A DNA stretch of 64,000 nucleotides from Solirubrobacteraceae bacterium (GTDB lineage Bacteria; Actinomycetota; Thermoleophilia; Solirubrobacterales; Solirubrobacteraceae): contig DASZFY010000047.1 of the NCBI GenBank assembly GCA_035939335.1, forward strand, positions 11,604 to 75,603, written 5' to 3'. The position numbers were made by a program, and so were the translations under genes. Every line of letters starts with the position of its first letter. Positions within the stretch are counted from its first letter, which is position 1. A model generated the notes under the pieces. That model saw only the letters and a list, made by a program, of their open reading frames with translations, had not been told where the DNA came from and did not search any database. Below are positions 50,782-64,000 of the stretch, one piece after another.

Positions 50782-51447
50782 ATGGCCGGCACAACCACCA
50801 AGCTCAACGTCAACAGCCGCCACGCCGCGGGCTCGCGCGCGGTGCGCCGCCTGCGCCGCAACGGGCGGGTGCCCGGCGTGCTGTACGGCGGCGGCGGCGA
50901 GCCGGTGGGCTTCGACGCGGACGCGCGCGAGCTGCGTCTCGCACTCGCCGGGTCCGGCGCGGTGCTGGACCTGAGCATCGACGGCGACAAGCCCACGCCC
51001 GTCGTTCTCAAGGAAGCCCAGCGTCACCCCGTGCGCGGCGAGACCGTCCACGTGGACCTGCTGCGCGTGAACCTCAAAGAGGCCATCAGCGCGGTCGTGC
51101 CGCTGGAACTGGTTGGCGTCGAGGACTCCCCCGGCGTCAAGGAAGGCGGCGTGCTCGAGCAGATCACGCGCGAGCTCAACGTCGAAGCGCTGCCCACAGC
51201 GATCCCCGAGTCGATCGTGCACGAGGTAGGCGAGATGCAGATCGGCGAGACCATCCTGCTCGGCGCGCTCGCGCCGCCCGACGGCGTGACGCTGCTCGAC
51301 GACCTCGAGGAAACCGTCATCGCGACGCTCTCCCCGCCGCGCCTGCAGAGCGAAACGGCCGACGAAATCGAAGCCGAGACGGAGGTCGTCGGCGAGGCCG
51401 GCGCCCAGGACGCCGACGGCGACTCCGAGGGCTCATCCGAGGAGTAA
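50782..51447 (+). CDS. rplY: 50S ribosomal protein L25 (Ctc long form)
   Basis: RRLRRNGRVPGVLYG, QRHPV..HVDL, GVKEGG. Confidence 0.96.
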   Translation: MAGTTTKLNVNSRHAAGSRAVRRLRRNGRVPGVLYGGGGEPVGFDADARELRLALAGSGAVLDLSIDGDKPTPVVLKEAQRHPVRGETVHVDLLRVNLKEAISAVVPLELVGVEDSPGVKEGGVLEQITRELNVEALPTAIPESIVHEVGEMQIGETILLGALAPPDGVTLLDDLEETVIATLSPPRLQSETADEIEAETEVVGEAGAQDADGDSEGSSEE

Positions 51448-51461
51448 AACTGCGACGGCCG

Positions 51462-52105
51462 TTGCGCGGCGGTGCAGCAGGCGGCGGCGCGGTCGACTGG
51501 TTGGTCGTAGGGCTTGGTAATCCCGGCCGCGAGTACGCGCGCACGCCGCACAACATCGGTTTCATCGTCGCGCACGCGCTCGTCGAGCGCTGGGGGCTGG
51601 GTGCCGCCAAGGACCGCTTCCGCGGGCGCGTCGCCGAAGGGCGCGTGCGTGTGCCCGACGCCTCTCCTGGGTTGCACGGGGCCACCGGCCCCGACGGGGC
51701 CGGCTCGGGCGCTGGCAAGCGCGGTCCCCAGGTGGCGGTGCTGTGCCCGCAGACGTTCATGAACGACGCCGGGCGCTCCGTCGGCCCGGCACGCGGCGCG
51801 CTGAAGCTGCCGCTGGAGCGCGTGCTGGTGGTGCACGACGAGATCGACCTGCCGTTCGGCGATGTGCGCACGCGTCTCGGCGGCGGCCTGGCGGGGCACA
51901 ACGGGCTGAAGTCGATCAAGCGCGAGCTCGGCGGCTCTGACTTCATGCGCGTGCGCGTGGGCGTTGGGCGCCCCGACTCGACCGATCCGGAGATCGTCTC
52001 CGCGTACGTGCTCGGCCGCTTCCGCCAGTCCGACGCGCAGGTGGCCGAGCTGGTCGATCGCGCGTGCGAGCATGCTGAGCAGGTCGTTCTCGGAGAGGAG
52101 CAGTG

Positions 52106-52106
<1 letters not shown>
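51462..52106 (+). CDS. pth: Peptidyl-tRNA hydrolase
   Basis: VVGLGNPG, HNIGF, PQTFMN, HDEIDL, GHNGLKS. Start uncertain. Confidence 0.95.
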
Positions 52107-55639
<3,533 letters not shown>

Positions 55640-55698
55640 GAAGTCGTTATCGCGACGTTAAGCACAACAAAGGAGCTTTCCGCTAGAGTGCCCGCGTC

Positions 55699-58126
<2,428 letters not shown>

Positions 58127-58140
58127 CCCGCCTCCTCCCC

Positions 58141-58208
58141 GGCCGGGCACGACGACGAGCGGCCGGGCACGACGACGAGCGGCCGGGTGCGACGACGAGC
58201 GGTCGGGC
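58141..58208. repeat. 20-bp tandem repeat (~3.4 copies)
   Basis: GGCCGGGCACGACGACGAGC at 58141 and 58161, variant at 58181, partial at 58201. Confidence 0.85.
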
Positions 58209-58234
58209 GGCGTCACTATGTCCTCAAACAAATA

Positions 58235-58256
58235 CTGTATAACGATGGTGATACAG
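58235..58256. repeat. Dispersed AT-rich palindrome, copy 5 (inverted; CTGTATAAC-GATG-GTGATACAG)
   Basis: Followed by CATTTGCAA as in copy 2; in the eno-ftsB intergenic space. Confidence 0.85.
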
Positions 58257-58338
58257 CATTTGCAATGTGAGAGAACTGATGCGGGCGCGGGCAGCGGGCA
58301 GGAGGCTGACCGACGAGCGCGAATCGAGCTGATTCAAC

Positions 58339-58683
58339 ATGTCCTCGCTCTCCTCGACATCTCGCACGGGCTCGGGCTCGCGCTCGAGCGTGCCGATGGC
58401 GGCACGCGTGCGCTGGGACCGCGTGGGGCGCGTGGCGATGCTGTGCGTGCTGGTGGCGCTGGTGTACCTGTATGCGAGCGCGGGCGTGCACATGCTGTCG
58501 ACGTGGCACCAGTCGCGCCGTGACAGTGCGGTGGTGGCGGCGATGGAACGTGAACACAGGACGCTGGTGCGCCAGCGCGCGGCGCTGACGGCGCCGGGGA
58601 CGCTGGAAACGGAGGCTCGTCAGCTGGGGATGATGAAGACGGGCGAGCAGCCGTACGTGGTCAGTGGCCTGCCGAACAACTGA
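58339..58683 (+). CDS. Septum formation initiator (FtsB/DivIC-like)
   Basis: TM, coiled coil, EARQLGMMKTGE; follows eno. Confidence 0.8.
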   Translation: MSSLSSTSRTGSGSRSSVPMAARVRWDRVGRVAMLCVLVALVYLYASAGVHMLSTWHQSRRDSAVVAAMEREHRTLVRQRAALTAPGTLETEARQLGMMKTGEQPYVVSGLPNN

Positions 58684-58709
58684 GCGCTCGCCACTGCTAG
58701 CCTCGACGC

Positions 58710-59036
58710 GTGTCGTACGAGACGGCGAACTACCAATGGCAGCAGGGTGAACGCCGGCTGCGGGGGGCGCCGGCGGCGCGTCGTGCGGTGCTGGAGCGCG
58801 TGACGGACGCGCTGGTGGCGGAGCTGCGCAGGCGCCTGGGCGGCAGGTTCTCGGCGGACGAGCTGGTGGCGCTGTACGAACGCGGCACCGCGTGGTGCCT
58901 GCAGACGGCGATGCGGCTGGCGCCGGACGATCCGTGGGCGTGGGAGGCGGGCGTGGTGGTGGACGCGGCCTTCGCGCGGTATCTACGCGAGGCGACCGAC
59001 TACGCGGGCGGCCGCAGAACCCTCTCAGAGGCGTAG
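58710..59036 (+). CDS. Hypothetical protein
   Basis: 108 aa with typical codon usage; TAGCCT 6 nt before the GTG. Confidence 0.7.
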   Translation: MSYETANYQWQQGERRLRGAPAARRAVLERVTDALVAELRRRLGGRFSADELVALYERGTAWCLQTAMRLAPDDPWAWEAGVVVDAAFARYLREATDYAGGRRTLSEA

Positions 59037-59059
59037 CGGCTCAGCGCAAGCAGCGCGCG

Positions 59060-59656
59060 CTAGTCGTCCTGGTCCGACCCAGCGCGGCGGATGATGATGC
59101 GGTCCTCCTCGACCTCGACCTCGACGGGCCGATGCCCTGCCCAATGCTCGGCGTAGATGGGGTTCTCCTGGATGGCGGGGTCGAGCCACAGGCCGTAGCC
59201 CTCCTCGCCGTGGTCGAAGGTGCCCTCGAGGGGGCCGGTGTTGCGGGCGCCGGAGCGCGAGCGCCCGCGCCCTCCTCGCCGGCTGCGACGGCGGGTCCGC
59301 GGGCCGCTGGACTCCTCGTCGGCGTCCTCGCTGGGCTCGTCGCCGCGCTCGGCAGCTTCGGCGCGAGCGCGCTCGGCTTCGGCGCGGGCACGCTCGGCTT
59401 CGGCTTCGGCGGCTTCGAGCTCTGCGGCGATGAGCGCGTCGTCCTCGGCGCGAAGGTCGATCTCCTCGGGGTAGTCGCCGGCGCCGCCGGTGCCCTCGGG
59501 CGCGTCGTCGTCGCTGACGAGCTCGTTCTGGCGCTTGAACTGCTCGATGTCGCGGACGGTGACCTCGAGCTGGTGCGCGACCCAGGCGTCGGTTCGGCCT
59601 TGGCGCACCCATGCTCGGATCTGGTTGAGGTGCGGGCGCAGAGATTTCCGGGGCAT
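59060..59656 (-). CDS. Hypothetical protein: N-terminal HTH, charged linker, AbrB-like C-terminus
   Basis: IRAWVRQGRTDAWVAHQLEVTVRDI; C-terminal YGLWLDPAI...VEVEVEEDRIIIRR. Confidence 0.7.
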   Translation of the reverse strand: MPRKSLRPHLNQIRAWVRQGRTDAWVAHQLEVTVRDIEQFKRQNELVSDDDAPEGTGGAGDYPEEIDLRAEDDALIAAELEAAEAEAERARAEAERARAEAAERGDEPSEDADEESSGPRTRRRSRRGGRGRSRSGARNTGPLEGTFDHGEEGYGLWLDPAIQENPIYAEHWAGHRPVEVEVEEDRIIIRRAGSDQDD

Positions 59657-59848
59657 GGACGGTCCGGGAGACTAGCGCAAGCGCACGCGTGGCGCGGCGG
59701 GCGTGTTGTGGGGCGCCCGGCGCGGCCTACGGATGATGGGGTTTGAGAAACCGGTATCGCGTTCCCCCGGTCCTGTGACTATGCTTGACGCTCCGGCGGT
59801 TTGGGGTTGCGCCGGGTCGCCAATCGGCAAAGAGGAAGGTGCACCCAA

Positions 59849-60112
59849 ATGCTGGTTCTGACGCGCAAGTCCAACCAGAGCATCATGATCGGCGACGAGA
59901 TCGAGGTATCGGTGCTGTCGGTGATGGGCGAGAAGGTGCGCATCGGCATCCAGGCGCCCCAGCGGGTGCCTGTGTTCCGCAAGGAGATCTATCTGGAGAT
60001 CCATCGCGAAGGGGGCACGGCGACGCCGCCGAAGGATGACCAGGGCGGGGCGCACGCGGACGAGGTGGAGGAGTCGCTGCGCGAGCTGGGCGAGGGGTCC
60101 GCGGGCGGCTAG
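59849..60112 (+). CDS. csrA: Carbon storage regulator CsrA
   Basis: MLVLTRKSNQSIMIGDEIEVSVL...VRIGIQAP..VPVFRKEIY. Confidence 0.95.
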   Translation: MLVLTRKSNQSIMIGDEIEVSVLSVMGEKVRIGIQAPQRVPVFRKEIYLEIHREGGTATPPKDDQGGAHADEVEESLRELGEGSAGG

Positions 60113-60155
60113 CGAAGGCAGCCGGCTGGGACGGCTGTTAGCGGGCATGCGGCGT

Positions 60156-60404
60156 TCAGCCGAGCAGCAGGTAGAGGGTCCGAAACATCACGACGGTGAC
60201 CACGGCGGCGGTCAGGATGAGCGTGAGGACGAGCAGCGCGAAGCGCACTGAGCCGCGCTTGTGTCGGCGCTGGACCTCGCGCTTGAACGCGCGCTGCTCG
60301 CTGGTGCGGCGCAGCGAGTCGCGCCGGTGGCGGTCGAGCGTGACCTCCTTGACGAAGGCACGCTCCCAGTCGGCGATGCTCTGTCGCATTTTCATCGCGC
60401 TCAT
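60156..60404 (-). CDS. Small tail-anchored hypothetical protein
   Basis: ATGA overlap with the upstream gene; charged helix plus C-terminal TM. Confidence 0.65.
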   Translation of the reverse strand: MSAMKMRQSIADWERAFVKEVTLDRHRRDSLRRTSEQRAFKREVQRRHKRGSVRFALLVLTLILTAAVVTVVMFRTLYLLLG

Positions 60405-61327
60405 GCGGACGGTGCGAGCGCCTTGGCGCGCTCGTACACGGCTACGAAGCGCAGGTAGTTCTCGGCGATCTTGCGGGCGCCGGCTGAGCGCTCGATCTTG
60501 CCGTCGACGTAGGCCTTGAGCGGATCCCACCAGATGGAGCGGCCGATGGCGAAGCCGATGAAGCCGTCGACGGGGGCGGCCTGTGTGAGCCAGTGGTCGA
60601 CCTTGGCGTCGTCGGCGCCGCGCCCGAGCACGACGCAGTAGACGTCGTCGCGGCCGCCGCTGCGCGCTTGGGCGACGAGCATTTCGCAGTCGGAACGCTG
60701 GTCGACGCCCTCGATCTTCCAGATGTCGACGTCGATGCCCGCGTCTTGGATCTCGGCGATGGCGCGGCGCATGAGCTCGGGGCGCAGCTCGGCGTCGTAG
60801 CGGTCGGTGTCGCCGTCGACGGCCTGCAACTGGGCGTCCTCGGCGGGCACGAGCAGCTCGAACAGGAATCCTGGCTTGTGCTGCGTCAGCCAGTCGCTGA
60901 GCCGGCGCAGCTTGGCGAGCTGCTCGCGGTTGGCGGCACTGTCGCCGTCGGGGTTGTAGCGGACGAGCACCTTTGTGTAGTCGGGGTCGAAGCGCTCGAT
61001 GTGCTTGGGGAAGTCGTCGTCGTACTGGAAGTCGAACATGCTCTGCCCGGAGCGCTCGGCGGGCATGGCAAGTTTCAGCCCCCGCTCCTTGGCCTCGGCG
61101 GGGATGGTGGAGCCGAACTGCTCGTCGACGAGCACACCGGTTACAGAGGGATCGGCGCCTGCGCCGATGGCCTGCAGCATGCCCTCGTAGATGAGGTGCT
61201 TGGCGTCGGCGATGATGGCGGTCTGCTCGGAGTCGGGCTCACCGTCGATCCCGAAGAACTTCTTCTGGAAGGAGCCGCGGTGGTCGAACGCGAGTATGTA
61301 TAGCTTGGGGTCTGATCCGGGGGTCAT
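60401..61327 (-). CDS. DUF2090 / IolC-C-terminal-like TIM-barrel (class I aldolase-like) protein
   Basis: LAFDHRGS, KVLVRYNP, LFELL, IWKIEG, VVLGRG, GFAIGRSIW. Confidence 0.85.
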   Translation of the reverse strand: MTPGSDPKLYILAFDHRGSFQKKFFGIDGEPDSEQTAIIADAKHLIYEGMLQAIGAGADPSVTGVLVDEQFGSTIPAEAKERGLKLAMPAERSGQSMFDFQYDDDFPKHIERFDPDYTKVLVRYNPDGDSAANREQLAKLRRLSDWLTQHKPGFLFELLVPAEDAQLQAVDGDTDRYDAELRPELMRRAIAEIQDAGIDVDIWKIEGVDQRSDCEMLVAQARSGGRDDVYCVVLGRGADDAKVDHWLTQAAPVDGFIGFAIGRSIWWDPLKAYVDGKIERSAGARKIAENYLRFVAVYERAKALAPSA

Positions 61328-61388
61328 GGGAGTGAGTATTCCAAAGGCGTACGGGGCGAGGTCGAGAGGTCCTTAGAATGAGGCGACG

Positions 61389-62186
61389 ATGACCTCTGGT
61401 GCTGATCTGTTCGTGGTGTGCAAGCAGTGTGGCTCGGAGGTGAGCCCGTACATCACGGAGTGCCCGTACTGCGGCAACCGTCTACGCAGGCGCGCGCCGA
61501 AGCTGCCGCCTGTGAAGGCGCCGGTTCGCAGCGGTCTGCGTGGTCGCGCACGCTCGCTGCTGTCGCGCTCGAAGCCCGCATCGGCTCCTGGCTTGGCGCG
61601 TACGCGGATGCGGCGTGGGCGCAGTCGCTGGGCGGCTGAGCGCCCGTACGCGACGATTGCGCTGGTGGCGGCGAGCTGCGTGATGTGGGTGGTGGCGCAT
61701 GCGCAACCGGACGTGTACGTGCACACGGCGGTGCTCGGCCCGCTGCGCGGCGACTGGTGGAGGCTGCTGACGAACGCATTCGTGTACGCGGACGGGGTGT
61801 ATGCGTTCGTGGCGATCCTGACGGTGGCGATCTTCGGTTGGCTGCTGGAGCTTCGCCACGGGCCGGCGGTGGTGCTGGCGTTGTTCTTGGGCGCGGGCGC
61901 GGCGGGTGCGCTGGTGGCGGGCGCGGTGTATCCGTTTCCGCTGGTCAGTGGCGCGAACGCGGCGGCGCTGGCGCTACTGGCGGCGTGGGCGGCGCCTGAC
62001 CTGGAGACGGCGCGCGCGGGCGGCTACCGCGAAGGTGACCTGCTGGGCGCGGGCGCGCTGGCGGCGCTGCTGCTGGCGATACCGTTCGCGCGTCCGGAAG
62101 CCAGCTGGCTGGCGGGCGTGACGGGCGCGCTGCTGGGCCTGGTTGTGGGCTTGGGCCTGCACCGAGTCGGCCGCGCGGCGGCGTAG
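61389..62186 (+). CDS. Rhomboid-like membrane protein with N-terminal zinc ribbon, catalytic residues absent
   Basis: CKQC..CPYC; WWRLLT, FGWLLE..G; SGANA and SWLAG at the GASG and AH positions. Confidence 0.8.
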   Translation: MTSGADLFVVCKQCGSEVSPYITECPYCGNRLRRRAPKLPPVKAPVRSGLRGRARSLLSRSKPASAPGLARTRMRRGRSRWAAERPYATIALVAASCVMWVVAHAQPDVYVHTAVLGPLRGDWWRLLTNAFVYADGVYAFVAILTVAIFGWLLELRHGPAVVLALFLGAGAAGALVAGAVYPFPLVSGANAAALALLAAWAAPDLETARAGGYREGDLLGAGALAALLLAIPFARPEASWLAGVTGALLGLVVGLGLHRVGRAAA

Positions 62187-62229
62187 GCATGGTAGGCGTG
62201 CGGCTGGGTGAGCTTATGATGGGCGTGCG

Positions 62230-62511
62230 ATGTCGATGACGAACGCGGTAGTGCTGATCGAGGCGGAGCGCGACGCGCTGTCGAGTCTGGGCGGCGAGCT
62301 GGCGGACATCGACGGCGTGGCGGAGGCGTACTCGGTGACGGGTGAGTGGGACTTCGTGGCGATCGTGCGCGTGCCGGACCATGAGCAGCTGGCGGCCGTG
62401 GTGACGGAGCAGATCGGCGGCCTGTCGGGCGTGTCGCGTACGCAGACGATGGTGGCGTTCGCGGCGTTCTCGCGGCACGACCTGGAAAGCCTGTTCTCGA
62501 TCGGGGAATGA
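62230..62511 (+). CDS. Stand-alone Lrp/AsnC ligand-binding domain protein
   Basis: YSVTGEWDF, GVSRTQT; no HTH. Confidence 0.88.
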   Translation: MSMTNAVVLIEAERDALSSLGGELADIDGVAEAYSVTGEWDFVAIVRVPDHEQLAAVVTEQIGGLSGVSRTQTMVAFAAFSRHDLESLFSIGE

Positions 62512-63206
62512 ACGCCCCACCGATCGAAGATCGGCCAGCACCGCCTATTTTGAAACAGACTCTGAGGATGAAGCGGGAGTACGGGCCGACGCTGGGCCAG
62601 CTGCTGGCGCCGCGCTGGCGCGCGGCGTCGCGGCTGGCGCGTGCGGCGGTGATGGCGGCTGGCGTGGCGCTGGTGGCGGTGCTGGTGGGGGCGGGGCTGA
62701 CGCTGGAGAACTCGAGCTACTCGCATGGCGGCAGCGTGCCGTTCAGCTTCAGCTACCGCGACCTGTATCGAACGACGCCGGATGCGGGAGGGTTCGTGAA
62801 GGTGCAGAGCCGCTGGCGCGGCGGCGAGCTGAAGTACTCGTACGCGGTGGGCCCGCTGCGGCTGCCGCGGTACAGCGGCGAACTGGGGGCGGAGCTGCCG
62901 TTGTATGCGGTCGGCTTCATCGGCACGCTGCGCGGCAGCTACGAGGACTTCGAGCTGCGCGGCGAGGGCAAGACGCGCGTGAACAACACGCTGACGGGCT
63001 ATGAGGTGCTGTACACGGCGGAGGTCGAAGGGCGGCGGATGTACGGGCGCGACGTGCTGTTGCTGCCGCCGCGGCCGGGCGTGCGTGAAGGCGTGGTGGT
63101 GACGATGCTGACTGCGCCGGAGGCGACTGCGCAGGTGGAGTCACCGCTTGAAGTGGGCGAGTCGGGCGTGCTGCTGAAACCGATGAAGACGTTCGCGTTC
63201 GGCTAG
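62508..63206 (+). CDS. Hypothetical membrane-anchored protein
   Basis: ATGA overlap; one TM followed by a beta-rich domain. Confidence 0.7.
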   Translation: MNAPPIEDRPAPPILKQTLRMKREYGPTLGQLLAPRWRAASRLARAAVMAAGVALVAVLVGAGLTLENSSYSHGGSVPFSFSYRDLYRTTPDAGGFVKVQSRWRGGELKYSYAVGPLRLPRYSGELGAELPLYAVGFIGTLRGSYEDFELRGEGKTRVNNTLTGYEVLYTAEVEGRRMYGRDVLLLPPRPGVREGVVVTMLTAPEATAQVESPLEVGESGVLLKPMKTFAFG

Positions 63207-63209
63207 CAG

Positions 63210-63998
63210 CTAGCCCCACGAGCCGCCGCGGTCGCGGCCGAGGCCACGGCGGGTGGCGCGGGCAGCGGGACGACGGATGCGGGCGCTTGCTGCGACGTGC
63301 GTGCTGGGTTCGGTTGTAGGTGCGGCAGTTCCGCCGGTTTGGCTGCTGGCGCCTGCGTAGGTGCTGGCGCTTGCGACGTTGGGCGTGGTGGCGCTGCCGG
63401 GCGTGGTGGCGCTCCCGGCCGAGGTGGCGCTTCCGGCGGGGGAGCTGGCGGAGTTCGACGCCGTGCTAGGCGTGGTTACGGGCGGCGTTTCGACTGGTGC
63501 GGTGCCGGTGGGCGTGGTGCCGGTGGGCGTGGTGCTGGTGGGCGTGGTGGTTGTGGACGCGGGCGGCGTGGTGGTGGCGGGTGTTGTGCTGCTGCTGGTT
63601 GTTGTTGCTCCGGTGGGCGTGGTGGATGGGACGGTTGTGGCGGAGGCGGGAAGTTCGGTGGTTTCGGTCGTGACCTCGGTGACGGGCGGCTGATCGCCGG
63701 GCTTGGCGGGCGGTGTGGCGGTGGTGCCTGCTTGGGCTGCGGCGAGCGTGCCGGGTGCGACGGGCGGCGTTGTTGGCGGAGTGGGCTTGCCTGTCTTGAC
63801 GGCGACGCGGTGGCGCGGGTGTGCGGCGGCGAGCGCGCCGCTGGGCGCGGGGCTGCCGGCGGTGACGGGCTGCGGCGCTTGGCGGACGACGACGGGTTCG
63901 TCGGCGTAGGAGTTGGTGGCGTTGCTGGCGGAGGCGACGGCGATGGGGGCGTGGTGGTGATGGTGGACGGCGACATGGTCGGCGGCGGCGACGCCGGC
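63210..63998 (-). CDS. C-terminal Pro/Thr/Ala-rich part of a gene starting beyond the window
   Basis: Open frame AGVAAADHVAVHHHHHAPIAV...TTPTSTTPTGTTPTG...GGSWG to TAG at 63212-63210; C/G-ending codons in this frame. Confidence 0.7.
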   Translation of the reverse strand, partial: AGVAAADHVAVHHHHHAPIAVASASNATNSYADEPVVVRQAPQPVTAGSPAPSGALAAAHPRHRVAVKTGKPTPPTTPPVAPGTLAAAQAGTTATPPAKPGDQPPVTEVTTETTELPASATTVPSTTPTGATTTSSSTTPATTTPPASTTTTPTSTTPTGTTPTGTAPVETPPVTTPSTASNSASSPAGSATSAGSATTPGSATTPNVASASTYAGASSQTGGTAAPTTEPSTHVAASARIRRPAARATRRGLGRDRGGSWG

Positions 63999-64000
63999 GG

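Noticed and set aside
58141-58208. CRISPR array (also considered 31310-31402 and 19427-19490)
   Set aside because: Units are contiguous tandem duplicates without unique spacers, and there are no cas genes.
63361-63693. Plus-strand Val/Gly-rich ORF
   Set aside because: It is the antisense mirror of the Thr/Pro-rich minus-strand frame.

Overview
High-GC bacterial chromosomal window, probably from an actinobacterium of the Thermoleophilia/Solirubrobacterales type (inferred from gene content, the large SRP RNA and many apparently leaderless genes; not database-checked). The first ~14 kb is accessory: two crotonases, a PfkB kinase, Ku-LigD NHEJ, a ClC, a P450, an aldo/keto reductase, an STAS/anti-sigma pair, tRNA-Val and lipoproteins. 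The rest is mostly core genome: SRP RNA-dnaX-ybaB-recR-ask, wecB, an anchor-less type-E succinate dehydrogenase, icd-mdh, and rsmI-(TA pair)-metG-tatD-rsmA-ispE-tRNA-Gln-glmU-prs-rplY-pth-mfd-prsA-eno-ftsB, followed by csrA and a rhomboid-like gene. No CRISPR array, transposase, integrase or prophage was seen. The main unexplained signal is an AT-rich 22-bp imperfect palindrome, consensus CTGTAT(A/C)RCCATCGYTATACAG. It occurs five times, always intergenic, three times between convergent 3' ends, and four times beside a local tandem-repeat tract. Also notable: a coiled-coil/AT-hook-like/winged-HTH protein that looks like an undescribed nucleoid protein, a rhomboid lacking its catalytic residues, and an HTH+AbrB-like protein divergent from an orphan csrA. 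All assignments come from reading motifs by eye, and several start codons are approximate.
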